A stretch of DNA of 64,000 bases from Mytilus californianus (lineage: Eukaryota), in NCBI RefSeq assembly GCF_021869535.1, contig NW_026262581.1, positions 79,422,001 to 79,486,000 of the forward strand, given 5' to 3'. How positions within the stretch are numbered: the first letter of the stretch is position 1; every line of letters starts with the position of its first letter. The notes under the pieces are model-generated. The model searched no databases, had not been told where the DNA came from, and was given only the letters and a program-made list of their open reading frames with translations. Of the stretch, positions 13,046 to 26,663 are shown piece by piece. Made by a program: the position numbers and the translations under genes.

Positions 13046-16000
13046 CTGCATAGTATAAAAATGACAAATTACAAAAACAAATACCTGAAACTTGCACCAT
13101 AGATTTTTTTAAACATTGTATTCTCCAAAAATATTATCTTGAGCAAAGCTGTTGATGTTATTCCAGAAATATGTGTTTTATGCTCTTTGACTTCTATCAT
13201 ATGTTTACAACACATGATTTAAGTAGCTATCACCCGATTTTTATTGTATCATTTAAGTAGTGTTGGCTTGGCAACTAAGGTCTTAGAAAAAGAATTAACA
13301 GTTCCTTATTCTCAAATTAAGGTATCTTGTAATTTTGGTATGACTTCAGATTGCCTTACTGTTAACCAATTTATTTTTGTGAATACTTTGTTTCTCTATT
13401 ACCCTTTATTTTCTTGATTTTCTAATTTTCTTGATGCATTTATATAAAAGAATATAGATATAGAAGATAAAATTTTACAAAATCGAGACAATTTATATGT
13501 GCACTATTTTCCTACTCATGAAAGTCACGAAAATAAATGATTCACGAACATTAGTTGGTTTACAGTATTTTGAAAGAACTTGTCATTTAAGTGGTTCCAT
13601 GAAACTAGCCTCATCATGACTTTGTATCTATACAACAGCCAGTTCAATGTCTATTATAGCTGTCTAAGTTTTCTGTTGTTGACTTTAGTATACTCTTGAC
13701 ATTTCTAACCCTAACCTACAGAGCTCTGATGAGGTGATTCACTTTAATTTATCTTTGGATTCCAGCCACTTTATTGAGATGATTGATACAGTAGATACTG
13801 TGGTGTTTCCCTCAAGGTTACATTCTGAAATCTTGCACTTTTGATCTTTACTTTTATAATGAAATGGTTCTGTTAGATTCATTTGTTTGGAAGGTAAATC
13901 AAATATTGCTGAAATCATACCACATCTTCTTATTTTTATATTTCTATACACATTTACACATTTTTGAGGAGCATCATTTAAAAAAAACAACTAGTTTTGT
14001 TTGTTGTTTTTTTGAACAATTGGAAATAAGGATATGAAGTATATAAAGGTGAAAAATCAAATGAAATACGAAGAATCAACCAATATATTATAGAAACTAG
14101 GCTTAAATTGCTGTGGTTCATCAAGAGTTTCTGCATGGTCTTCACTGATGAACTTTTGATATCATATCTTATGGCATGCTGAAAGGGCCAACCTTTGATC
14201 AATATTATGAAAATTAATAAAAATGAGTGTGGATATAAGATTCTATCTGTTTTTTAATGAAATAGCTTTTGATTGGAAATATATACTGTGTAACTCCATA
14301 TAATGTGTAGCACCTGGAGCCTTAACCTTTTGAAACCTTGAACTCAGGTTATCAAATTATTCTCCCAGGAAATCTATTTAAAAGGGAAAATTCAATTCAT
14401 TTGACAAACTTTTAAATTTCCATATAGATTTATTTCTTGTCACATTTTGTATCCTCAGAAATGATGTTGAAAAAGCAGTCAATAATTATGACAGCCTAAA
14501 TTAAAAATATACTATAATATCCTTTAGAAAATGGTATGAAACCACATCAAAGCAAGCTGGTTTAGGCATGTAGAGAGAACAAGGATAATGCATATGGACA
14601 AGATAAAACATTAATTATTCCCTTGTTAAGAATAAATTGAGATGTTGGGTTTATTTCAATGAGACAGCAATCAAAAAGGTAGACTCAAGCTTAATTTCAG
14701 TTCCTGATTATTTTGTTTCTTTTATAACCCCTTTTCAAATGTTCTGTTATAAACAAGTGTTTGCCAGTATACTAAGTTACTAACACCGAGTGATCATTAC
14801 CCTGGGGCAGTCAGTTAACACATAACAGATTGTGTCTAAAGAGATTGTTTGTGGAAGAGGATAAATTGTAGAAAGTCTACCTAGTATCTGGACGTAAAGA
14901 GGTCAACATAGAGTTTTCAACAATAGACAAGTTCTATACAATATGTAAAGGTTGAAAATAGCCCAAATCAAAGTTGGAATTAAATTTAACAAAGACCATA
15001 CGCCATCAATTCCACATTCCCTAAACTTGTTTATTTCATTTTCAATCTTAAAAATATCTGCAATTGTATGACTAACAACTGACAACATTTGGTTTTTTTT
15101 TTTAACTTTGTGCTTGAGGTAAAATTAACATGTGCTATACAAGAAATTTGTGCAATTATTTTTGTGTTTAGATAATCATCCTTCAGACTAAAATAGCTTC
15201 GTTTCTTAATATAAACAGGGATGTTACAACCACTAATTATTGTGGTAAAACTTGAGAATATTCCAAAATAACAATTCAAGATGCAAGAATTCCAAAAATC
15301 CAAAATAACACCCAAAATTGATTTCATTGCATGAAATTGTACAAAAATTAAAGAGTAGATAAAATGTATACTTAAGAAGATAATGGCTTACAACTTTTAC
15401 ATGGTACATGTAGTCTGAAATTAAACATGGATATCCAGTTACTAAAACATTATCTGATCATATCTGCAACCTCCATTACCCAAGCTGTCAGTGATCAACT
15501 TCAATCATAACATGCCAAAATACATCTATAACCCTACCTGTTTTTAAGAGCTTATCCGAGGAAACATGGATGAATTGTACACACATTCCAACACAAACAT
15601 AACGGTTTAATTAGCACTAGTCATCAACACAAACACTTAGATCACCTATTAATTAGATTTTTTTTATAGATCCAGGGTAATAATCCATATCTAATATCGC
15701 AACATTAATAATTCCATTGGCAAGGTCTGCCTGCAACAGACTGTGGAAAATGCTCAAATTTTTACAACCTGGCAATCATTCTAAATTTAGCTGACACATT
15801 GATGAAAAACAGTAGATTTTCCAATCATCTAATTTAATTAAAACACTCTACTGTAGCTGGAGAAATGATTGTCTTCGGTTAATGGGTTAACTCTCATTCC
15901 CAATATAATCTGTGTTAAACAGACTGATTCCTAGAGAGGACTAGGAAAGCACTGTTCTTATTACTGCCTTTTGTGTACACAAACATGTATTGAGATTTCC

Positions 16001-17067
16001 AATATCGAATCAATAACATAGTTGTCTTTTGATCGGGAATACTAAATGTGTAACATTCACATTTAGCTCTTATTGATAGAACCATGCTACAACTGTCAAT
16101 AGATAGAAATTGTGTCAATTTCACTTTTTTTTATTTGAGGACAATTTAAATAGGCCGGTATTTTTATTGACGCCTGTTAATTTATTTCCAATTTTCCCTT
16201 TTGAAATTGCTGATTTAATGGTAATTTTATGCCATCAATAAAATTGTAAAAATTAATAGATGAATACAATATAAAAGGACAGACAGAAGCCGAACAGCTG
16301 TGAAGTCCATCTGATCAATACTATTGATTGATAAATGATGAAGAGCAATAACCAAGGGGAGTAACTCAATTCTTACAACATAACTTAATATTCATAAACT
16401 TGACAACATCTGATTAAAATATAGATATTGATTTGTTTTGTTTGACGATAAATTAACAAAGCAGAGTTGGTAAATGCTAAGTTAACAATTAAGAGTTTTT
16501 AAAACATAAGTTTTACATCCTCGTTTAGCTGTAAAATGTACAGGAATGAATTATAAATTTGTAAAAAAAAAATTTCAAAACTAGAAAATAGGATCAAATT
16601 ATTTTTGAAGTAGGCAAATTATTTTAAAAGCCTATATTAATAGCTGCAAATTAGATTTGAGGCCACCATGAAGTAAAACTTGAGATCAAATCTAAAAATC
16701 ATATCTAAATACTTAAAATATACACAGGCAAATATTCCTCATGGAAAGTCAGCAATAAATAAATTTTTAGATTCTTTTATCAAATCTGTTGATGACCTTC
16801 ACCAAAAAATGTTAGGAATCATTCAGAATTAAGGCAAAATGTAAAACAAAATATTATAAAAAAAAAATTATGGGGATTGTGTCCACATGTGGACACAGAT
16901 GATGCCCCCGCTTGCATATCATATAGTTATAAAGGGACATAACTGAAGAATGGTAAAAGTGACGCTACCCAAATTTGAACTTGATCTGAGTTTCATGGTA
17001 ATAAGCATTGTGTGTAAGTCTCATAACATTTGGTTGAGGCTAACTTAAGTAGAGAACAGAAACTAAA

Positions 17068-18058
17068 AAAATGCTCCGCTGGGCCCAGCTTGATACGACC
17101 GCAGAGGTCGAACCCTGAACAGTTGGGGCAAGTATGGACACAACATTCAAGCTTGATACAGCACTGAATTTGGATTGTAATTAAATATTTGACACAGCAT
17201 AGGTTTCTGACACAGAATGAAAGTGGTCTAAGAACTTAAAAATTTTTAATTCACCTATTCAAACCATATCATTATTATTTGCTTTTATATATAAATCAGA
17301 AATAACCAATTTAAAATGGAAAATTTTAAAGAAAAAAAAGGAAAAAAAAATCCCCCCCCCCCAAATTTTTTGAACCCCCTTATGATTCACTACCCCCAAA
17401 CTCAATCCCAGCCTTCCCTTTGTGGTATGGTACCTTGCAGTACAATTTCAGAGCGATCCATACACTTACACACAAGTTATTGTCTGGAAACTAGAAAAAT
17501 GCTTATTTTTGGCCCCTTATTCCTAAACGTTTTGGGCAATTACCCCCAAACTCAATTCCAGCTTTCCCTTTGTGATATGGAACCTTGTAGTACAATTTCA
17601 GAAAGATCCATACACTTACACACAAGTTATTGTCATGAAACTAGAAAAATGCTTGTTTTTTGCCCCTTTTTTTGCCCCTAATTCCTAAAATTTTGAGGCA
17701 ATTACCCCCATAATCAATCCCAGCATTCCTTTTGTGATATGGAACCTTGTGGTACAATGTCAGAGAGATCCATACACTAACACACAAGTTATGTCTGGAA
17801 GTTACAAAAATGCTTATTTTTGGCCCCTTTTTGGCCCCTAATTCCTTTACTGTTGGTATCATAACCCCCAAAATCAATCCCAACCTTCCTTTTCTGGTAT
17901 TGAACCTTGTGGTAAAATTTCATAGAGATCCATTCACTTAAACTAAAGTTAGAGTGCGAAAACCAATGTGTCTAAGGACGACGCCTGACGACGACGACAA
18001 CGACGACAACGTCATACCAATATACGACCACAAAATTTTTTTTGCGGTCGTATAAAAA
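17068..18058 (-). mobile_element. HINE family B copy (sub-TIR TATACGACCGC), about 4 internal 160-bp units
   Basis: Near-identical to 42293-43919; head palindrome and GAC microsatellite. Confidence 0.85.
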
Positions 18059-18885
18059 TTACTTGTATAATGACATTGATATTTTTCGAAATTACATTTA
18101 GTTAAGACAAACTCAAGTAAGAGAACGGAAACGAAAAAATTCAGCAATTTTTACATTTGTAAAGGGGCATAACCCTAGAACGGTAATCAAAGTGCTTGTA
18201 AACACTGAAAGGTAAAGATTGCTTTAATTTATCAGTAGGAAGTAAAATTAAGTATTGCATTGTATAAAGCATGTAAAGCATTGGTTGTAGTTGATTCAAC
18301 TACCATTATGCACAAAAAAAATAACTCCAATTTTCAAAGAAGACTTTAAAATATTTTTAGAAATGAAGGGTAAAAATTGCTTTAATTTATCAGTGGAAGG
18401 CAAAATTTAACATTGCATTGTATAAAGCATTGATTGTAGTTGATTCAACTATAATCATGGACAAAGGAAGATAACTCCAATTTTAAAAATGACTTGATAT
18501 TTAGAAGAAAAAAAAATAAATCAACAATTTTTCCATTTGTAAAGGGGCATAACTCTCGAATGGTACAAGTGACGCCACCAAAGTTGAAACTTGATCTATG
18601 TTTTGTGGTAATAAGCATTGTGTATAAGTTTCATAACATTTGGTTGAGGCAAACTTAAGTTAGAGAACTGAAACGAAAAATTTACCAATTTTTCCAATTG
18701 TAAAGGAGCATAACACTAGAACGGTAAAAGTGACGCCACCAAAATTCAAACTTGATCTGTATGTAGTGGCAATAAGCATTGTGTATAAGTTTCATAACAT
18801 TTGGTTAAGGCAAACTTAAAAGTTAGAGAACGGAAACCAACTCTGGGACATACGGACGGACGGCCATACAGACAGACAAGGGTAA

Positions 18886-19497
18886 AACTTATTATTTCTT
18901 ATGCAGCAAAAATACTGCAATCTGATTGGTTAATTACCCCGGTGTAAATAACACCCCACCCTTGTTCACCCCAGGATAAATAAAATTTTGCCAAAAAATA
19001 AAAAAATATAAAATTTTGCTAAAAATAAAGAAAAAAAATAAAATGTCAAAAAAATAAAAAAAAAATAAATAAAATGTCAAAATAATAAAAAATAAAAAAT
19101 AATTAAATTTGAGGACAAAAATTGAAAAAAATTAAAAACAAGAAAAAAAATATTTAAAATTTTTTTTTCTCAAAAATTCAAAAGAACACAAAAATTTTCT
19201 GAATTTCCCAAAAATAAAGAAAAAAAGTATTTGACAATGCGCAGCAACATTGACGTTGAAAAAATGTTACACTGGAAATTTTTCATTACCATTTTTCAAT
19301 TTTACATCCTGGTTTAAAAATGAGTAAAGGAATTGTTCATAAGAAATAAATTCGGTATCTTGGTGTTATCAGGGGTGAATGGAATTTTACACCGTTGTTG
19401 AAAATTCATACACCCATTAGGCTGCACCTCAGGGTGTATGAATTTTCAACAACGGTGTAAAATTCTGTATACCCCTGATTACACCAAGATAACTTAT
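18886..19497. mobile_element. Non-autonomous element with a long terminal palindrome and 7-bp direct repeats (possibly Crypton-like)
   Basis: AACTTAT at 18886-18892 and 19491-19497; about 60-bp inverted arms within about 19357-19491; A-rich interior. Confidence 0.6.
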
Positions 19498-19905
19498 AAT
19501 GCCCCCTCCGCTACGGCGGGGGTATAAAAATTACATAAAGGTGGGCAAAAAAATTAAGAAAAGTTTTTTATTAACTTTTAAGAGTAAAATTAATCATATA
19601 CTACTTTTTTCTAGAACTTTTAGAAAGCCTTGATTTCTAGTTGGACTTCCTGAGAAAAATGTGATGCAAATTTCATAAATTGCCACTATTTGTTAGAGTA
19701 CATAAGTATTTGGTGAACAGGAAGTTGATGAGTGATGAATCTGAAAATGCATCACACAGTATATCATGAGCATGCTCAAATGAAGCTAGATGCCAAATTT
19801 TAGGAAGCTCTTATTTGCTGTTTCAGAGAAAAAAATTGACCAAAATTTTATGGAATGTTGATACATAATTCTAATTTATGGATCATTCACTTATTGATAT
19901 CAATA

Positions 19906-20108
19906 CTATAAATTCAGAAATTATTGCATGAATTTATTATTGCCATTTTTGATGAATGAACAAAAATGCAAGATAAATTATTGCAATTTCAGGAAAATCT
20001 GCTTAAAGATATATCAGATATCAAAATGTGAGTTCTTATTATTGAGATACTCACCCAGTAGCATCATTCGCATTAATAAAAACCTCGCAACAATTTCTGA
20101 ATTTACAG
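19906..20108. mobile_element. TA-flanked MITE
   Basis: TA-CTATAAATTCAGAAATTATTGC ... GCAACAATTTCTGAATTTACAG-TA. Confidence 0.75.
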
Positions 20109-20329
20109 TAATCAATTTTTTTATCTCAGGAAAAAAAGGGATTAAATTCCAAATGTAGTCATTTTTTATTAATGAATTTTACTGAATTCAAACAGAATTT
20201 TAGATACTACTTATTGAAATTGTAAGATACATTTCTTCAACTATCCAAGCATTTATAAATACAAATAAAAAATAATTTTTGATAAAAAAATTTATTTCAA
20301 AAATTGGTAAGGGGTTCAGTTTATCAGTA

Positions 20330-21080
20330 AAATATAGAATTTAAATTTTTTTTTTTAACTTTTTCTTTAGATGCTATTTCTTGGTCTTGAAGATTAGCGT
20401 CTGTCCAAGTTTCATTACAATCCATGAAGGTTTACAAATTTATCATGTCAAAAAAATTTAATCCAAGACTGTCTGTAAATGTTAACTGTAAAAAACGAAG
20501 TCCATCTATCAGAAAAATACTAATTAAAAAGGGCAATAACTCAACCAGGAGAAAAGCTAAAATCGTGAAAATTGAACTTGACCTTCATTTAGTCACAGGA
20601 AACAACATATCTAAATTTGTTTGCCATACATCACCAAATCAATAACCGATATTTCCTTCGAAAATCCAGTTAAAAATGAAAAAAATATTTTCAAAGGTTT
20701 GCTTCAGACATTATCTCTTAATCATTAAAAGCTTCTGCCAAAGTTTCATAAAACTCTATGAAGGTTTGACAAAGTAATTGATGTGTAACAAGCTTTAACC
20801 CCAGACTGTATCTTCTTGTTAACTGTAAAAAATACTAAGTCTATTTATCAGTAAAATACGGAAAAATGAAAATAAATATTTTTAAATTTTGCTCTGGATA
20901 CTGTATTTTGGTCATAAACAAGATTCTGTCCAAATTTCATAAAATTCCATGTTGGTTTGACAAAGTTATTGATGTCTAAAAAAAACTTAAACCACAGACT
21001 GAACCTAAATGTTGACGCTTCAGACGGAATCTTGGATCCCTATGCCTCGCTTTCGCGACATTTATAGGCTCAACAAAAAA
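20330..21080 (-). mobile_element. Degenerate HINE-like element with internal repeats
   Basis: Right end gttgacgc...gcctcgctttcgcgac...caaaaaa resembles the heads at 7680-7753 and 63075-63154. Left boundary is approximate. Confidence 0.5.
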
Positions 21081-23075
21081 GGATAAATAATAGAACTAAC
21101 ATATAAATTCAAGTGTTACAAGGAAAAATCTTTCACACCAAGAATATATGAAAACTGTATTAAATTTAACTATTCAATGCTTTTATCTGAATATATGTCT
21201 TACATGTAAAGTACAGTCAACTGCCCTTGACAGGGGATGTAACTCTGGAAAATGGAAATTGGTGAAATCATTGAAGTGTCCCAATTGTCCAGATTGTCTG
21301 ACTAGTATGATTTCAGCTTATGATGTTCAATTAATTGCAGAAAGAAAACATGAGCTCTATTTAGTTATAATGAAGCCATAATTCATTTACTTTTTATGGA
21401 TTTATACCTTTGACGGGTCCTCCTTACAAATGTAGCTTATCTACCATGAATAGGACTAATGATGAATAAGAATGATCACTAAAGTGATCAGTTTAATGAG
21501 GTCAGACTATAAGCGATCAATCAATAAAGAATACAAATAAATATTTGGTGTGAAGATGGTATTTACCTTTGCTATATTTTAGAAATATTACTTTGATTAA
21601 GAATATTTTTATGTACTAAACTATCTTTATTTGTACACTTATGTATATTGAATAAAATTTGAAAGATTTCAAAATAAAAAGAAATAAGTCCTCCTAAATT
21701 TCTTATTTTCCTTTTTATTTTGAAAGAACTTGAAAAGTTCAGCTAAATGTAGAGGATGCTTGAGTGAAATTTACACATAGTATCACAGTTTCTTTTTTAA
21801 AGCAAGATCAATAACGTGTCTGGACCTGGGTCACTTCATGTACATGTATACTGAATTTGAAGCATAACAGATCATTGCCTTACATAGAAGCCAATAAAAG
21901 TTTGATGAAAATTTCCTTGTACATTGAGTGTTGTAAAATTTCCAACTATAGGCAAACAGGAATTAGCTGAATGGCTTCATGGTACTGCTCAATATAATAA
22001 GGCTCCAGAGCAAATATATTACCATTTCCTTACATTGAAGCCAAGAAACTAAACAAAAGATTTCGACCCCAGGTCTTTTGGACAAATAGACAAACGGATG
22101 GATGGAAGGAGTGGAGCAGTTACTAGAACTGCTTTCATTGTTGGCAACACAGGTACAAAAGTAAACATTCTCATTGGTGTGTTGTCAAATATATGATGAA
22201 GATAGCACATTAATGTAGTACACTTCAGGAGTCCACTGACATTCTACACTTCAAACATGAACTGTCAGTTAACAGAATCCATATCAATGTATCTGTTGGC
22301 AATTTTCATATGTCATGACCAAAATTTCTTCCCCTTAAGGGCTTGATCTCCCAGTGGTCACCTTGATGGGTTTAAATGTCTTAGTTACAAATGCAAGACA
22401 TTATAAACAGTATTGAAAATTTATGAGGTTTGCTAGAAGAAAATTTTGTAATCCTGCTTATAAGGTTATTAAATATTGTAAAATTTTGATAAATCAAATA
22501 AATATATGACCAATACTTTCTCTTCAAAATACCTTAACCAAAACTTTCTTCTTTCATATGGTGTGTACTACTCTTATGTGCACTTTCAATGAAATTCATT
22601 AGACATTTCAGAAGTTGGACTCACAAAATTATAACAACATGATGGAGGTTGATTTCCAATCCTTTGCATGTTATTCCCCTTTCTCTTTCTAAAAACTGGA
22701 CCTTAGTGTAACAGTTATGCAAAAATATTGACCAAAATGACATACATGTTAGATGGAGGTACATCCCTGTCCTAGATATATCCATTAATAAAGGATCATT
22801 GTATTGACACTTACAAATTAGGAGAAATCTACCTTGACTAGATTCATTCAAAAATGAAAAGAAAAAACATAACATGTAGGTAACCCTATGTATCCTGTAT
22901 TAACTGCTGACCTTGCAGTAATCACATCAATGAATGAATCCCTTACCTTGCAACAATCTCTCTTGATTGTCTGTCCTTTTTTAATGCCTTATCTTGCAGC
23001 AAATCTAACATGCTGCATATCTTGTGTAAATCCCTTACTTTGCAGTGATCCCCTTAGGCTGTATATTCTATAACA

Positions 23076-23545
23076 ATCCCTTACCTTGCAACAGATTCTA
23101 CTAGGCTGTATATTCCATATGAATCCCTTACCTTGCAACAGATTCTACTAGGCTGTATATTCCATATGAATCCCTTACCTTGCAACAGATTCTACTAGGC
23201 TGTATATTCCATATGAATCCCTTACCTTGCAACAGATTCTACTAGGCTGTATATTCCATATGAATCCCTTACCTTGCAACAGATTCTACAAGGCTGTATA
23301 TTCCATATAAATCCCTTACCTTGCAACAGATTCTACTAGGCTGTATATTCCATATGAATCCCTTACCTTGCAACAGATTCTACTAGGCTGTATATTCCAT
23401 ATGAATCCCTTACCTTGCAACAGATTCTACTAGGCTGTATATATCATATGAATCCCTTACCTTGCAACAGATTCTACTAGGCTGTATATTCCATATGAAT
23501 CCCTTACCTTGCAACAGATTCTACTAGGCTGTATATTTCATATAA
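23076..23545. repeat. 47-bp minisatellite, 10 near-perfect copies (plus degenerate copies back to about 22905), built from the MPDZ exon end and donor
   Basis: Unit atcccttaccttgcaacagattctactaggctgtatattccatatga starts at 23076, 23123, 23170 ... 23499. The genuine exon/intron junction is the next register, at 23546. Confidence 0.97.
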
Positions 23546-23554
23546 ATCCCTTAC

Positions 23555-23843
23555 CTTGCAGCAATTCCACCAGGCTGTATATCCTGTATAAATATTCCCG
23601 ATTCAGCATTATCCTTCTTCTTCATTCCAACCACACTGAATCCCAAGCTACTATTCTCTGGCTTAAATAACTTGATAGTTTCCACATCTCTTCCTTGAGC
23701 TGATCTTTCAACAGCCCTTTGAAATTCCACATCGTAACTAGGCATGGCAATAGGTCCATCAGACACTGCATAGGTATCAGCAGTTGTATCATTAAAACTA
23801 GGATTTGTGATTCCATCAGGAGGTACATTTAAGATCAATTCTC
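23555..23843 (-). CDS. MPDZ: MPDZ/PATJ-like coding exon 3 (linker plus first half of PDZ1)
   Basis: Encodes (G)ELILNVPP...VETIKLFKPENSSLGFSVVGMKKKDNAESGIFIQDIQPGGIAA(R), containing the PDZ SLGF loop. Flanked by tttacag and GTAAGG. 289 nt, phase 1 in and phase 2 out. Confidence 0.93.
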
Positions 23844-24603
23844 CTGTAAATATAAGGCTGAATTTGAAACGTCTACGTCATTTGATCTTTGATGGATAGA
23901 TGTCTCATTGGTAATCATACCTTATCTTCTTATTTTCATATTATACTTTGACTGCTTTAATGTTCTCTCATGAAGAAGTTATTGATGCAGTTTCATGTTG
24001 ACATCATGAATACTTTTCTCATAAAATGTACATGTTTAATCAAATCTAAATGTTAACCTCAATCCTAAGTGACTCCAAAAATAAATCAACTATAAAGTTA
24101 GGATCAAACAATTTTTACATAAATTCATGATGCTTTCATTAATTAAGTTTCACATCCATTTTACAACTGTTGTATGATTGAAATTTCAAATCAAAAGTAC
24201 ACTTTTCTGTGAAAAATTAACATCACATCCTGTCCTTCAGTAGCAGCAATTGTCTATTGGATCTCTTTTGTAGGATTTTCTATTATAACTAAGTTAACAT
24301 GGAAATTGCCATGCTTGATGTCAGTTGGAATGAATGAAAATAATTTTTCAAGGTTATCATTTATGTTTAACGTTTAAAGTAAAGTTTGTTTGCAAGAATT
24401 TTCTTTTTACATGATTTCAAGAATACAGTACTTTTTAAGTTTTAGTTGTTACTAACTGTAGTGACTAAGCATTTTTTTTGCTTGTTTCTGGATTTTTAAT
24501 TATTTTCATTGGGAATCATAAATGTATTTCAGGTCATCAATGGTAGATAATATAATCGAATAAAGTATCTGTGTAATTTCATACTTTGAACTACTAGTGT
24601 TAC

Positions 24604-24606
<3 letters not shown>

Positions 24607-24633
<27 letters not shown>
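24607..24633. repeat. (TA)n microsatellite
   Basis: Directly visible; another lies at about 817-840. Confidence 0.9.
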
Positions 24634-24634
<1 letters not shown>

Positions 24635-25261
24635 ACAGAGTTATCTTTCTTTATCCTTTGTCAAATTAAAGATCATAGTATTTTATTCTCGTTCAACACT
24701 TACTACAATACAAATCTACACTTCATTTTGCAAAATGAGAAAAAAAAAACCTTTGTAGAAATGATATAATATGTGCTCAAATTACAATGGCAGGTGACAT
24801 GTCATACAGAACTGCTTCTATGGTGAAATCCTAAGTCTAAATCAGTCAACTTTCTAGTATTTTCTAAAAAAAATCTTTAATTTTTATTAAATAATGTTTT
24901 ATATGATACAAATTATAACAAATAATCTAATAATTTGATTAATTTACTATCTTTTAAAGATTTGAACTTTTGACTGCCAGACCCTTTTTTGTGTGCATTT
25001 TTCATGAAAGAAAATCTTGACACGCCAGCGGCTCTTTTCACAAAAAATCTTAAAGAGTAAAAATACTCGTAAGTCATACACATTTCAGTATAACTTACGA
25101 TCAATTTTAATCGTAAGATTTTTTGTTAAAATCAGATTTAAATGACTTATCATGAAAAATTGTGCATTTAGGTATTTATGTTGCATTATTGTGCAGGAAT
25201 AGGAATAAACATTTGACAGATTTAAAATGGTAGTAAAATTCCATGTATGACTCTTATTTGA

Positions 25262-26256
25262 TTTTTATACGCCCGTCAAATTTTTGACGGGACGTATTAT
25301 GTTATACAAATGTCCGGCGTCCGTCCGTCTGTCTGTCCGTCTGTCTGCCCGTCTGTCCGTCCGTCTGTCTGTCCGGCGTAAACATGTCGCACCGTAACTT
25401 GAGAATGACTTATCCAAATTTCATGAAACTTAACATAGTTGTTTCTTATGATGGTCAAACGATCTGTATACTTTTTGAGTTACGGGACTTAGTAACTAAA
25501 ACAGGTGTGTGTTTTTTTTCACATGTCGCGCTGTATCTCAAAAACAATTTATGATTATTGCTTAAAACTTTACACACTTCTTAGTTATATTAATCTTAAG
25601 ATCTGTATACTTTTTGGTGATGATTCAAAATTTTATTTTTGAGTTATTGAGTATTTTGTTAAAAAGGGGGAGGGGTTTTTCACATGTCGCGCCGTATCTC
25701 AAAAACAGTTTATGATTATTGCTTAAAACTTTACACACTTCTTAGTTATATTAACCTTAAGATCTGTATACTTTTTGGTTTTGATTCAAAATTTTATTTT
25801 TGAGTTATTGAGTATTTTGTAAAAAAAGGGGGAGGGGTTTTTCACATGTCGCGACATATCTCAAAAATGATTTATAATTATCGCTTAAAATTTTACACAC
25901 TTCTTAGTTATATTAATCTAAAGATCTGTATACTTTTTGGTTTTGATTCAAAATTTTATTTTTGAGATATTGATTTTTTTTTTTAAAAGGGGTGTTTTCA
26001 CATGTCGCGCTGTATCTCAAAAACGATTTATGATTATTGCTTAAAATTTTACACACTTCTTAGTTATATTAATCTCAAGATCTGTATACTTTTTGGTTTT
26101 GATTCAAAATTTTATTTTATAGATATTGAGTTTTTTGTAAAAAAAAAAAGGGGGTTTTCGCATGTCACGCCGTATGTCAGAAACTATTTATGCTTATTGC
26201 ATAAAAATTCACACACAAGACGACGGGCGTATCATGCGCTCATGGTGCAGCTGTTT
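25262..26256 (+). mobile_element. DINE-1/HINE-like element with GTCC/GTCT microsatellite and about 160-bp tandem units
   Basis: TTTTTATACGCCCGTC head with a partial inverted copy, a microsatellite, about 4 internal repeats, then right sub-TIR GACGGGCGTAT followed by a short hairpin and TT. Confidence 0.88.
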
Positions 26257-26663
26257 ATTTTAATATCTTCACACTTGAGTTTACTGCTTAGTAGTAAGTG
26301 TACAGCAATGTAGAAACCTTTCTAGACTTGTTATGATGGTATATTTACATTATATGTATGTTTCATTAGAATCTGTAATTTTGAAAGCAGAAAACAATCG
26401 CCAGGCATTCCAATATTATATTTTATTTTCCAATAAAATGCAACAATCATGACTGCATGAGCTTCCCACAACAATGCTCTTCATACGAAATGTGCTTCGG
26501 TTAATGCTTTTACACCCCAATAAAATTATGAAAACCATTCAATTCTTAAATAAAGAGAGCTGTAAAACTGTTTAATCATGCAATAAGACTCTATGCTGCA
26601 TTTGTGAAAAATAACTAATTGCACCATGAATATCACTATAAAAGATACAATGAATTCATTTAC

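Larger units (their letters stand above)
16866..19530 (-). mobile_element. HINE-like host element with about 160-bp repeats, carrying two nested insertions
   Basis: Terminal palindrome tgtgtccacatgtggacaca plus sub-TIR atgcccccgc on the left; GGAC/GACA microsatellite plus gccccctccgctacggcgggggtataaaaa on the right. Confidence 0.75.

Noticed and set aside
13722-13745. CTGATGAGGTGATTCACT hairpin
   Set aside because: No GAAA after the stem, so not a hammerhead.
13740-16124. Several 60-100 aa ORFs in the large MPDZ intron, considered as a nested gene
   Set aside because: No recognisable domains or consistent exon phases.
17316-17941. ORFs of 64-121 aa here and at 42541-43843 and 50306-50536
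   Set aside because: They lie wholly within HINE tandem repeats and recur with different stops in each copy; non-coding.
23076-23545. CRISPR-like appearance of the regular 47-bp array (also 12012-13045)
   Set aside because: No unique spacers, no cas genes, and a eukaryotic intronic context.
23622-23828. Alternative-frame ORF overlapping MPDZ exon 3 (also 52578-52913 and 63075-63320 extensions)
   Set aside because: Shadow or intron read-through of true exons; the splice sites and homology explain the real frame.
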